From IMG/VR virus record IMGVR_UViG_3300037011_001068, positions 41,757 to 105,756 of that record: a stretch of 64,000 bases of DNA; one strand, given 5' to 3'. The DNA comes from a virus. The position numbers were made by a program, and so were the translations under genes. Shown here one piece after another: positions 37,301 through 46,100 of the stretch (position 1 is its first letter; every line of letters begins with the position of its first letter). The notes below the pieces were generated by a model. The model had not been told where the DNA came from and did not search any database. It was given only the letters and a program-made list of their open reading frames with translations.

Positions 37301-37806
37301 CAGCAAATTATGACATTAAAATACCCAAGGGAAAGCCCGAGGTGATGGCAGAAATTCAGGATTCTTTCGAGCTGCATGCAAAGGTGCGGGAAGACGGGGA
37401 GCACTTGATCGTCACGGTTCCTAAAAGTGCCATCATCAAGTTTTTGACAGGATCGGATATTCTGAAGGCGCTTTTAGAGGAGGGCTCAGATGTCGTCTAC
37501 TCTAGCGGAGGAACATGGGCTGACAGCGGAGGAGTCGAATCAGGGGAAGCTCCTCAATCTGAAGGGGCAACCGATCACGCGGGAGATGATCAAGAAAGCG
37601 ATTCAGCAAGCGCTGGAAGCGGACAAGGTTTTTCTGATGTCACAAAGCAGGTTTTCGATCAAGAAAACCTAGCTTATAAGCGGACCAAGAAAGTGCTCAT
37701 AAAACTTGGCTGGAAAGAGACCGATTTTTTGGACGGTGGTCCTCTTTATGGGTGGAGCACGAACCAGTTGATTGACCTTGTGCGGGAGAGTAGGAATGCA
37801 AATTGA
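34396..37806 (+). CDS. SWI2/SNF2 helicase with N-terminal tagged leader
   Basis: LYPYQ, DEMGLGKT, DESH, LSGT, QAEDRCHRIGQ. Confidence 0.9.
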   Translation: MRLQLEATAEELSTKSEDLLEAIQQLVRPYSEDLADKLEKALPEKEESLKFPVLQELENRVENLYKEHVGAMIEEIFAVLQDNAKKSEGGLEKAGGPFIGPKGGMWADPEHTEHWDPDAKHESGGEKKPEHKKAEEKVPEFYSDDVATKKLEEIGDSLYDMQTDMHDVLDKTGLSLHDYTAWASVKGNLNKMKFLLSKYKKQISYGWGEEEYHKLGLGQAPLGSEVKPFYQQNYGSLSLPVNGFIQKPAFKDYLAYHQALKSKGFVSYDGTAWFIYKKRLADFPWKEYVQKMAEFGIKVPEKMPEPPPQKEFPKDPAIGLSVSGSTVDQVIAGILHKQVHDKLAVKRSKDGKFSFYYPYTPALNDLFSNKAGNLTGITKYNPENHARETFQLELVEEAIEKIKKLAPELEIVTEGVSEARIEKDAEIAELQKPIPEVAKLINPKYKLYPYQNECVRFLDKAKGNALIGDEMGLGKTLETLAWCAKNGKKVVVVTPRVVRRTWLQESVKFFPGYFKGVELVSSDIKKGKVPDLSDANIVTVNYESLSKFLPQIQAAGFDTIIVDESHRMKNPKAKATQSIQAVAKLPTMKHRILLSGTAIKNKKEELYTQLGLVAPGKFSKEALKYGTIGGLWMDMRSVYLARQKSLVLKDLPEKTTQIIEHPSKKGVPDLDELADLSPQEKIGRFSQMKAEIAVHKAPETLEFVKEILESSDSKVVLFSDSVEAAHYLADQLGDVALLHTGEMSLDKQEALKKEFERQDEEGNFISPKRVFVATRQSLAVGATLVAADKVVFNDLPWTTADIRQAEDRCHRIGQKNAVTVYWSKLGGNAFDENIISILKRKFELSKKVNQGQQLTKEEVAWQNKSITLNEVLAQYQGDKAGPGKTSSLGPSLPELGEQGEILPPVKEKALEALPVPVEEPKLSKPGVNTPQKMEAPKEAPKAPPAISVGTLDPLVLGAGGKIEESKINPANYDIKIPKGKPEVMAEIQDSFELHAKVREDGEHLIVTVPKSAIIKFLTGSDILKALLEEGSDVVYSSGGTWADSGGVESGEAPQSEGATDHAGDDQESDSASAGSGQGFSDVTKQVFDQENLAYKRTKKVLIKLGWKETDFLDGGPLYGWSTNQLIDLVRESRNAN

Positions 37807-38014
37807 GCAATTAAAGCGGTATCAGCGTATAAACAGCGCGAAACGCTTTTTGATAGTTTGTAAAACCTGCATGTATCAAGAGGCATGCCAGGATCGAATG
37901 GGTTGGAATTTTCGAGATGACATGCCTTGCGTCTATCATCCAAGCCGGTGGAAAAAGCGTTTGGAAAGGGATGCTCGTGCACTCGAGACAGCCCCGTCGG
38001 AGTTTGTTGGGTGA
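37796..38014 (+). CDS. small Cys-rich protein
   Basis: CKTC..C..PC; overlaps previous stop. Confidence 0.55.
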   Translation: MQIEQLKRYQRINSAKRFLIVCKTCMYQEACQDRMGWNFRDDMPCVYHPSRWKKRLERDARALETAPSEFVG

Positions 38015-38186
38015 GCTTCACGCTGAATGCCCCCTTTGTGGTGGGGCGCCTGTTTTTTGGAGCCCGTGTCGATGTTTCGTTCTCGTTTGCGAGCAAGGCC
38101 ATTATTGGTACGGGTCAGATTATGGTCGGAAATTTGAGTTTCATGGACCCTTAGGGCGAGAGGAGCCTGAGCATGTACATGGATGA
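37971..38186 (+). CDS. small zinc-ribbon protein (paralog 1)
   Basis: CPLCGG..C.C..CEQGHYWY...GRK; start uncertain. Confidence 0.55.
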   Translation: MLVHSRQPRRSLLGELHAECPLCGGAPVFWSPCRCFVLVCEQGHYWYGSDYGRKFEFHGPLGREEPEHVHG

Positions 38187-38379
38187 GCCAGGATTCCAGA
38201 GTACATGCCCCCAATGCGGGGGAGTGGCTGTCACGCGATGCCAATGCCCTTGCGCGATTTCTATCTGCTCAGAGGGACACACATGGTACGCGAGCGCGTG
38301 GGGAAGAAAATATCGAGTGCATGGTAGCGCTGAAAAAGCGGAAAAGTCTATCGAGGTGCCGGATGCTCCTAAGTCCTAG
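38173..38379 (+). CDS. small zinc-ribbon protein (paralog 2)
   Basis: CPQCGG..C.C..CSEGHTWY...GRK; GAGGAG RBS. Confidence 0.6.
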   Translation: MYMDEPGFQSTCPQCGGVAVTRCQCPCAISICSEGHTWYASAWGRKYRVHGSAEKAEKSIEVPDAPKS

Positions 38380-41300
38380 ACAGCTTCAAGAGATCCAGAA
38401 AATAATTCAGACCTACCATGAGGCGTTCATCGTGAACGCGATATCAGTTGAAGCGGTGGCTCCAGAAATTTTGGAGAAGCTCAAGAAAAAGGGTCTCGTG
38501 CATGCCACGGTGAAATCGATCGAGGAGGCGTATCTTTATGGGCAGCTCCTCGCGCTACTCGAGAACCCCAAGGTCGCCAAAATGTCTTACGAGGATTTTA
38601 AAAAGTATCTCCGGAAGCACCCTATTCCGCTGACGCCGGTGGAGCGGCAGGGGATTCAAATGGCTATCCAGAGTGCGGGGCAATATTGTCGCGGCTTGGG
38701 GAACAAGGTCAACCTTGCGACCGGGGCGGTGCTCATCGAGGCAGATCAAAAGCTCCGGGCGAAGATGGTGGGAGTCATCCAGAACAAGGTCGCTGAGAAC
38801 ATCATGAAGCGGCAAACCATCCAAGATCTTCGGAGTGACCTCGGGTGGGCGACGGGGGATTGGGCCCGAGACTTTCATCGAATCGCGGTGACCGAGAAGC
38901 AAGCGGCCATGCTCGAGGGGCAGGCGAATCACATCCAGAAAAGGCATGGCCCCGAGGCTTGGATTGCAAAGAGACCCATGCCGGGCGCTTGCGAGCGGTG
39001 CAAGGCCTTGTACCTCGGGCCCGATAGCCATCCGAGGATTTTCAAGCTCACCACCCTGGCGGCGCACGGGACAAACGCGGGCCGGAAGGCTTCGGAGTGG
39101 CTTCCGACCGTGGGCCCGATTCATCCAAACTGCCAATGCGTTATGACGCGTGTCCCGCAGGGGTGGGGGTTCAATGAGGAGGGGCAACTGATCCCGGGCG
39201 GGGCCGGCGGGAAGCATTATGAGGATGAGGGGAAGCTCCAGCTTGCTATGCTCCGCGAAGCTGATCTCCGAAAATCCTATCAATTCGATCGAGATTTCGA
39301 TTTTCAGGGAATCCCCATCGTAATCGAGAACCATGTTGGGAGCATGAGAACCTGGCGTGCTGCGAACGGGGAGACCGGGACTACTGAGATGCTCCATGCC
39401 TACGGCTACATCCCGGGGACCACCGGGGCAGACCAGGATGAGATTGACGTATTTCTGGGGCCGGACCCGGAGGCGGAATATGCTTTTCTCGTCCACCAGC
39501 AGAACCCGGAGAATGGTCTTTACGATGAAGAGAAGGTGATGCTCGGCTTCTCGAACCAGGAGCTCGCTGAGGAGGCTTATCGCCAGCACTACACCCACCC
39601 GGATACCTACCTCCTGACCGTGAGCCCGATGGACATTGAAGCCTTCAAGCGTTGGATTCTCATGACCCGCCCGGTGGAGGGGTTCCAGAAATCAGGGCTT
39701 CGGCTTGTTCTCCCGCTCGAGAAGGCCAGAGGGCCTTTCATCGGTCCTCGGGGCGGTCTATGGGCGGATCCAGAGCACAAGGAGCATTGGGATCCAGAAG
39801 CACAGAAAAATGTAAGCACAGAAGAAAAGGAATCTGGAAATCCAGAAAAAAAGGAAGAAATGGACGAAAAGGAAACGTGGAAGATAACGGCAGTTGAAGA
39901 CCTTCGCCCTATCGATTGGGTGTCGGGGAAGAGAGCGCCTTTGCACGCTGGAGAAGGGAACACTTGCGACCGATGCGGGAAAGAGCACGCGATAATTTAC
40001 CACATGCAATCGAGCTCTGGGAAAGTGCTGGCAGTGGGGAGCGGGTGTGGCCCGAGGCTTGTCGGCGGCGCGGGGTTAATCGACAAGGAGAGCAAGAAGA
40101 AAGCGGAGAAAGATCTCAAAGCGCGGGAAGTGCGGATCGCAGAGAACATGGTTTCCGGATGGTTCCTTCGGGGCCTGCAGGAGCTCGATAAGGTGGCCCC
40201 ATTCTCAAAGCTCACCTTGAAAGAAATCCCAGTGGATGCGGATGCTATCAGCTTCCACCTGAACAAGATCAAAACCCGATGGATAGCATTAGATGAAGCG
40301 GGGAAAGAGTGGGCTAGGCAGCGGGGGATAGTGCAGACGTCTGAAGATATCGAAGGGCTTGCAAGTGAAGAGAGAATTCGTTTTGAAGTGACGAGGGTGC
40401 TTGATACGTTGAAAGTGCCTGTTACTAAGGAGTGGAAATGGGATATCGAATTCCCATTTGAGTCTCCTGGGTATTGGGTAAGAGACCGTCTGCACGAGCG
40501 GCTTACAAGCTACCTTGCGCGCCGTCTTCTTTCTCCGCTTCATCCAGGCCTTCGCCTTCTTGCGAAGCACGATTTATTTACAGCGGAGAAGCTCCAGGAG
40601 ATGAAGGAACGCGCCATGGAATTTGAGGCTTTCCCTCAAGGGAGACCCCTTGAGAAGGGTGGAACAGATTCTATGATCAGCGTGGGGGACAGCCAGTGGG
40701 AAAATCGGAACGTAGTTTCTGGACACGCGGTTAATTTTATCATGCGGTCTCCAAAGAACCACAAGAAAACCGATCCTATCACCATGCAGGACTACTTTCC
40801 GACGCTTGATGAGTTTGCCCATGAGCACATGGAAAACGAGATGTGGAGGCGAGATCCAAAGGTGTACGAGGTTGAGGAGCCCGTGCCTCGGCAAGTGCGG
40901 CCGGTGAAAGTGACCTCGGGGCAGAAGCCCGAGACAGAGGAAGAGGTGACTCGTCGAAAAAAGAAGCTCATTCAGCGGTTCGTCATGAATATGGGGCGGC
41001 CGAAAAATACTCCCCTTGAAAAAGCTCTTCCCCCGACCATCAAGAAAATCGGTGTTCATGGCGGAAAAATCATTGGCTGGGGCCGTGGAATGAAACCCAT
41101 TTATTTGGGGCAAGGAGGGCAGGATAAGCGAAGCGCTGTTCATACTTGGGCTGAATCTCATGGGGGAAAAGTTTCTCCTGTTCGGGGGCAGGAAGAGCAT
41201 CCAGATCCAGAAGCGCTGGTCATCAAGGTTCCCCCTCATAAAGTTCAGCACCTCGAGCAATTCAAAGAGGAGCATGGAATTCCTGGGTCCACTTTTGGGG

Positions 41301-42715
41301 GTGAGACTTATCGGATGCTGGTGGTTCCCAAGGAGCATTGGATAGCAGCCAGCGAGAAGCTCGAGGGAGGAATCCCTGTGGCTTCAGAATTTACTCCGAG
41401 CGCACCTTTACCGGCAGCGCAAGAAATTGCAGAAGACGGGACGGTAGTATTCGCAGATCTTTCCACGGTAAAGCAGCTTTCGATCTTGCAAGGCGCTTCC
41501 AAGGCATCTTTGAAGGTGCCTTCAAAGGCGAAAGATGTGATCCAGCAGGGCCAGGTGGTGGAAGCTATTTTTCATGATGGGAGTTCCGGGGAAGGCAAAG
41601 TAGTGGGAACGGATCCTCGAGGAGATTTTTTGGTTCAGCGTAATGGCGTGAAGCTTGCCCGTAAAAGTAATGTGAAGCGAAAGGGCAAAGAGGAGTACAA
41701 ATCGGTTTATGAGGGCGTGAGCGAGAAAAACATTTTTAAGCCTTCTCCACGGCAACAAACGCTCCTTCGGCAGTTGTTGACCGAAGAAAAAGTCGTCGGT
41801 GAGCATGTGGCTCAAGAGTACCTTGATTGGCTGTGGAACCACGGGCACGAAGCGTTTGTCGTCGGCGGCGTTGTGCGGGATATGTTGCACGGGACAATTT
41901 CTGGATCAGACTTGAGCGATAAGCAGGTGTTCGAGAGCATGAAGGACGTGGATCTCGTAACGTCGGCGAGCCCACCGGAGATAAAAAGGATGTTCGAGGA
42001 GATCAATAAAGAATTTGGAGATCTTTCTGTGACCGTGGATGCTCATCCTTGGGGCGTTTATTGCCATCAAGGTGCGGGCCTTGGGTTGGATGTGAGCTCC
42101 ATGGTACATTCCGGGACCAATGATTTTCATCGTGCGAATATAAAAGAACACGCGCTTTATCCCAACGAAAAAATCAAAATCGAACCCCCCTCGATTTTCG
42201 ATCACAAGCTGCTCAAGGATATGATGCGTCGGGATGCGGCATGCAATTCCCTTTATTACGATGCTCAGAATGAGGTGATCGTGGATCCTTCGGGGCATGG
42301 AGTGATGGACGCTGAAAATGGGGTAGCAAGGATTGAGGGGTCTAGGGAAGATCATCAGGACAATCGACCAATTCTTTTTCGTTTCTTGAAGCTCATCGAA
42401 AAGGGAGCTATCCCGGATAAAAAGTCTTGGGATATGGCTCGTGAGGTTTTCAAAGATCAAATGATTCATATGACCCCTTTGCAGAGAGCTCATATTATTT
42501 ATCAGGTATGGGGTAAAAAAGAAGGCGTGACTGCCAAAGATGCGCTTGAGAAATGCATCAAGGCTTGTAAGGCAGGTGGATGCTATGTGCTCTTCCGAGA
42601 ATTTTTTAAAAATGATGCTTTCACGCTTCTCATTCTTGCGGAGAAAATTAAATCATATCAAGATGCCAAAGAAGAGGTGCGTGCTAGAGTGAAGAAAGCG
42701 GTGATGCATGTTTAA
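38363..42715 (+). CDS. MuF-like head protein fused to inorganic-pyrophosphatase-like and tRNA nucleotidyltransferase/poly(A) polymerase-like domains
   Basis: RIAVTE, ACERC, HPNCQC; IEN..GS.R..YGYI..T.GAD.DEIDVF..DEEKVMLGF; VVGGVVRD, DVD, RRD..NSLYYD. Confidence 0.85.
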   Translation: MLLSPRQLQEIQKIIQTYHEAFIVNAISVEAVAPEILEKLKKKGLVHATVKSIEEAYLYGQLLALLENPKVAKMSYEDFKKYLRKHPIPLTPVERQGIQMAIQSAGQYCRGLGNKVNLATGAVLIEADQKLRAKMVGVIQNKVAENIMKRQTIQDLRSDLGWATGDWARDFHRIAVTEKQAAMLEGQANHIQKRHGPEAWIAKRPMPGACERCKALYLGPDSHPRIFKLTTLAAHGTNAGRKASEWLPTVGPIHPNCQCVMTRVPQGWGFNEEGQLIPGGAGGKHYEDEGKLQLAMLREADLRKSYQFDRDFDFQGIPIVIENHVGSMRTWRAANGETGTTEMLHAYGYIPGTTGADQDEIDVFLGPDPEAEYAFLVHQQNPENGLYDEEKVMLGFSNQELAEEAYRQHYTHPDTYLLTVSPMDIEAFKRWILMTRPVEGFQKSGLRLVLPLEKARGPFIGPRGGLWADPEHKEHWDPEAQKNVSTEEKESGNPEKKEEMDEKETWKITAVEDLRPIDWVSGKRAPLHAGEGNTCDRCGKEHAIIYHMQSSSGKVLAVGSGCGPRLVGGAGLIDKESKKKAEKDLKAREVRIAENMVSGWFLRGLQELDKVAPFSKLTLKEIPVDADAISFHLNKIKTRWIALDEAGKEWARQRGIVQTSEDIEGLASEERIRFEVTRVLDTLKVPVTKEWKWDIEFPFESPGYWVRDRLHERLTSYLARRLLSPLHPGLRLLAKHDLFTAEKLQEMKERAMEFEAFPQGRPLEKGGTDSMISVGDSQWENRNVVSGHAVNFIMRSPKNHKKTDPITMQDYFPTLDEFAHEHMENEMWRRDPKVYEVEEPVPRQVRPVKVTSGQKPETEEEVTRRKKKLIQRFVMNMGRPKNTPLEKALPPTIKKIGVHGGKIIGWGRGMKPIYLGQGGQDKRSAVHTWAESHGGKVSPVRGQEEHPDPEALVIKVPPHKVQHLEQFKEEHGIPGSTFGGETYRMLVVPKEHWIAASEKLEGGIPVASEFTPSAPLPAAQEIAEDGTVVFADLSTVKQLSILQGASKASLKVPSKAKDVIQQGQVVEAIFHDGSSGEGKVVGTDPRGDFLVQRNGVKLARKSNVKRKGKEEYKSVYEGVSEKNIFKPSPRQQTLLRQLLTEEKVVGEHVAQEYLDWLWNHGHEAFVVGGVVRDMLHGTISGSDLSDKQVFESMKDVDLVTSASPPEIKRMFEEINKEFGDLSVTVDAHPWGVYCHQGAGLGLDVSSMVHSGTNDFHRANIKEHALYPNEKIKIEPPSIFDHKLLKDMMRRDAACNSLYYDAQNEVIVDPSGHGVMDAENGVARIEGSREDHQDNRPILFRFLKLIEKGAIPDKKSWDMAREVFKDQMIHMTPLQRAHIIYQVWGKKEGVTAKDALEKCIKACKAGGCYVLFREFFKNDAFTLLILAEKIKSYQDAKEEVRARVKKAVMHV

Positions 42716-42965
42716 TCAGCCAATGTTCATGCTCAATCCTGCCGAGGATGGTATCTTTGACGTGCTGTACTATCCGCCTTCGTTGGGGGTGGAGTATTCG
42801 GATTTTGAAAATGAGCTGCGGTTGGATCGATGCGTGGAAATGCAAGCCAAGGTCCGGTACAAGGATCAGGTTTTTGTTACCGTGATCGTAAAGCAAATTC
42901 TTTTTCCTGGAGCTGATGAATATTGGCTTCGTCAAAGGGATCTCGAAAATGCTATACCTGCTTAA
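42708..42965 (+). CDS. hypothetical protein
   Basis: overlaps previous stop. Confidence 0.6.
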   Translation: MFNQPMFMLNPAEDGIFDVLYYPPSLGVEYSDFENELRLDRCVEMQAKVRYKDQVFVTVIVKQILFPGADEYWLRQRDLENAIPA

Positions 42966-43164
42966 GTTGAAAAAAGCGCGGCCGGTTGAAAAGGAAGAGG
43001 GGGTGCTCACCCGGACAGGGCGGCGCATAGCGGTAGCTTACGCTCGGAAGTGGGTAGCACAGGTTCGAGCCCTCGATCTTGAGCGGGCCTACCCTTCCCT
43101 GCAAAGCCTATTTTTGGACATCCGGCGGGATTCAGCTCTCGCTCGTGAATACGAAAAGGACTAG
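42949..43164 (+). CDS. hypothetical protein
   Basis: LKKA motif; operon context. Confidence 0.55.
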   Translation: MLYLLKLKKARPVEKEEGVLTRTGRRIAVAYARKWVAQVRALDLERAYPSLQSLFLDIRRDSALAREYEKD

Positions 43165-43166
43165 CA

Positions 43167-46100
43167 ATGCTCGCTACACAGCTCACGGCTCCTAAATGGG
43201 TCCATACGTCTTTTCAGAAGGCTGGCGTGAAAACCAAGCCCATGAAACTCGGGTTGGGAAGCTGGAAAGGCTTGAGCATCATTGCCATTGGGCCCAAAGG
43301 GGGCCGTATCATTGGGTATGGGCGTTTCCACAAGGCCATTTATGCTGGTAGTGCTATCGCCGAGCATTTGGTCGCTTTGCGAGAAGAGGCGGCTGCTTCC
43401 AAAAAGTGGACCCCCAGCACAGAAATCCAGAAATTAGTGGAGTGGCTTACTGAGCTCGGGATTGACGGGAAGGCCTTTAAGGATCGGGTGGAGGTGGAGG
43501 AGGACGCTGGAAAGCTTCTCGGTCAGTCTTTCAGTGTTTACGGAAATACTGAACCTGGAAAGAAGCTCAGCTTCAAGGTAGCAGAGCTCCTCCCGCATAT
43601 CGGTGAGCCCTTGAAGCCCGCTGAGAATGAAGCGCTCTCCTACGCGGCCGAGGTGGCGAGTGGGCAGTTCCAGGAGGAGAAGCTCTTCCCGGATCTGAAG
43701 ACGCTTGAGCCCGTGCCTCTTGAGGGGGTGTATGCGAAATATGCTGGGAGCCACGGGAACAAGCTCTTTCGGGATCCAGAGGAAAGGCTCTGGATTTTCA
43801 AGGCCGCGAACCCCATTATCGCTCGAGCAGAGGAGGCAGCTAATCGGGTTGGGCGACACATCCTCGGGGACAAGTTTCCGCCCGCCAAGTACGTCCAGCT
43901 CGGAGGCAAGGATGGTGTCTTGATCGGGGAAATGCTCGGCGAGGTATGGCAGGAATCGAGCGCCATGCATTCTCACCCCCCTCTGAATCTTCTCAAAGAA
44001 CATCGGCTTGAAGTGCTCCAGCATGAAATTCTGGATTGGTTGCTCGCGAACCACGATAGTCACGCCGGCCAGTTCCTTTCGCATGAAGGGGAGCTCATTG
44101 CAATCGACAAAGGGCAGGCCTGGAAATGGATCGGTGAGGACACTTTTCATCCTGGGTTCAAGGGGCAGAATCCAAGCGATCCGATTTACAAGAAATTTTG
44201 GGAGCAGGTGAAGTCTGGGAAGATTTCGAGCGAAGGTTTCGTGGAGGCGGCGCTCGAGGTTATTGAGCGATGGCGGCAGATCCCTGTAGAGCAGTTTCGC
44301 TCGATCGTCGCTCCTTACGTGGTTACCTTGGCAGGGGGGACGCACAAGGAGCCCGAAGAAATCGCTAAGAAGCTTGAGGCTCGCTTCCTGTCCTTGGCGA
44401 AGGACGTGGAGGGGTTTTTGAGCGGGCAGCTCGGGCAAGTAGTCTCCTTCGGGGGCGTGCAGCCTATCGAGCCTACGACCGAGACTCTGCCTTCCCCTCT
44501 GAAGCTTGCACCCTCTCCCAAAGAGCCGGAATTGCCCATTCAAGCGATTCCAAAGCCCCCCCTGGCTGGACCCCTCTCCGTGGCAATAGAGCCCTCCTCT
44601 GCCCTTTCCGTGGCTTCTCAGTGGCCCATCACGAAAGGCAACGAAAAGGGGAAGGTGACTGTGACTTCTCCGGGCGTGAAGCCTCCTGCGAGCTGGCCGG
44701 CGGGAATCCCGGGGGCAGGGTTTATGCAGGACATCGTTTACAAAAAGGAGGCCTACAAGCTTTCCATTTTCGAGAAAGGCGGGAAGGTATCCTTCTTGAT
44801 TCAGTACCCTGACGGCACGTCGAATACGTGGCCTTCCATCAATCAGGCAGGGGATTCTTTGTACCTGTACGCGAATAAGCTTCCCATTTCCATGGGGGCC
44901 AAGGATAAAAAAGAGAAGGGGATTTCTCTGGGTTCCAAGGTCTTTCGGTTCGAGCAATTCAAGGCGGAGCTCGAGGCTGCTTATGGAATGCCTTCCGTGG
45001 CGGTGGAGAGCCCCCCTTCCAAGGCGAAAAGCATAAAGCCGCTTGCGGAGTCGATTACGGTCCAGACCCCCAAAGAGCTTGAGCAGGCGAATATCATTGA
45101 ACCGGGGCAAAAGAATCTCCCCTTTTATGAAGTGGCAGAGAAACTTCCCGCGTGGGAAGAAGTCGATCCTTCGGTGATGCCTCCAGAGGTACAGGAATTG
45201 ATCGATCAAATGGATGCGAGTATAACCTCTTATCCTGATGTCTGGGATGCAGCGATCTTTCCTGGAAAAGTGGTTAAGATTTTATTGAATACTACGGGAA
45301 AGCCAGGGTTCTTAATTGGGGATGTAAAGCAAGGAAAGCCTGTTTATCATATTTATAAGCAAGATCCCCAGGGGAACTATACGATAGGCTCTCCGATGAA
45401 CGCGGAAATTTACGATACTGGCTTTGATTTGTATTCAAAGCTTGGATCGAAAGGGCTAGAAGAGGAACCTTATGATCCGTTGAAGGTGCTTATGGAAGGA
45501 CCAAAGGCAGGGAAGGAAAAACCTTCGGAAGATAATTTTGAGACTATGCCGGAAAAAGAAGCGCAGCCGATCCAATTTTCTGGAAAGACGGCAAATGAAC
45601 ACATGAAGGTCGCGGTAGCGTTACCGGCCGGGACGATTATAACGCTCACTCCAGCAAAATGGCCGGATGTACCTACAGTGAATTTCGTCAAGAATGAAAA
45701 GGGATCGTGGCACCCTTTTGATACGGCAACGCAGGCTCCACTGGAAAAAGAAATTTTTTCATCCAATATGATTGGAGTAATTGTCAATAGCATGCTCAAG
45801 AATGGCGGCTTGGTTGTGCATTCTATGGGTGCTATCAAGAAGCCCGCACCCAGCAACTTTGAGACTATGCCTGAATCTGTGTATCAGCCAAAAGCTGGAG
45901 TGCCGAAGCTTGCAGATATAGAGTCGGCGGAAGAGGGGGCGGAGATCAAGTTACAAACAGAAGGGCAGGATGCTCCCACGGTTTTTACTAAGACCCAGGG
46001 AGAGTGGTGGGTATTGAATCCTGGAGCCAATAAGCATGAGAAGGTGACTTTTTCGGAGGTGTTCCTAGCGGATGTTTTGGACACGGCGAGTCAGAATTCC

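Noticed and set aside
38183-38362. N-terminal extension of MuF (similarly 3106, 6722 and 21510 starts)
   Set aside because: Overlap genuine upstream genes; downstream starts with RBS fit the domain boundaries better.
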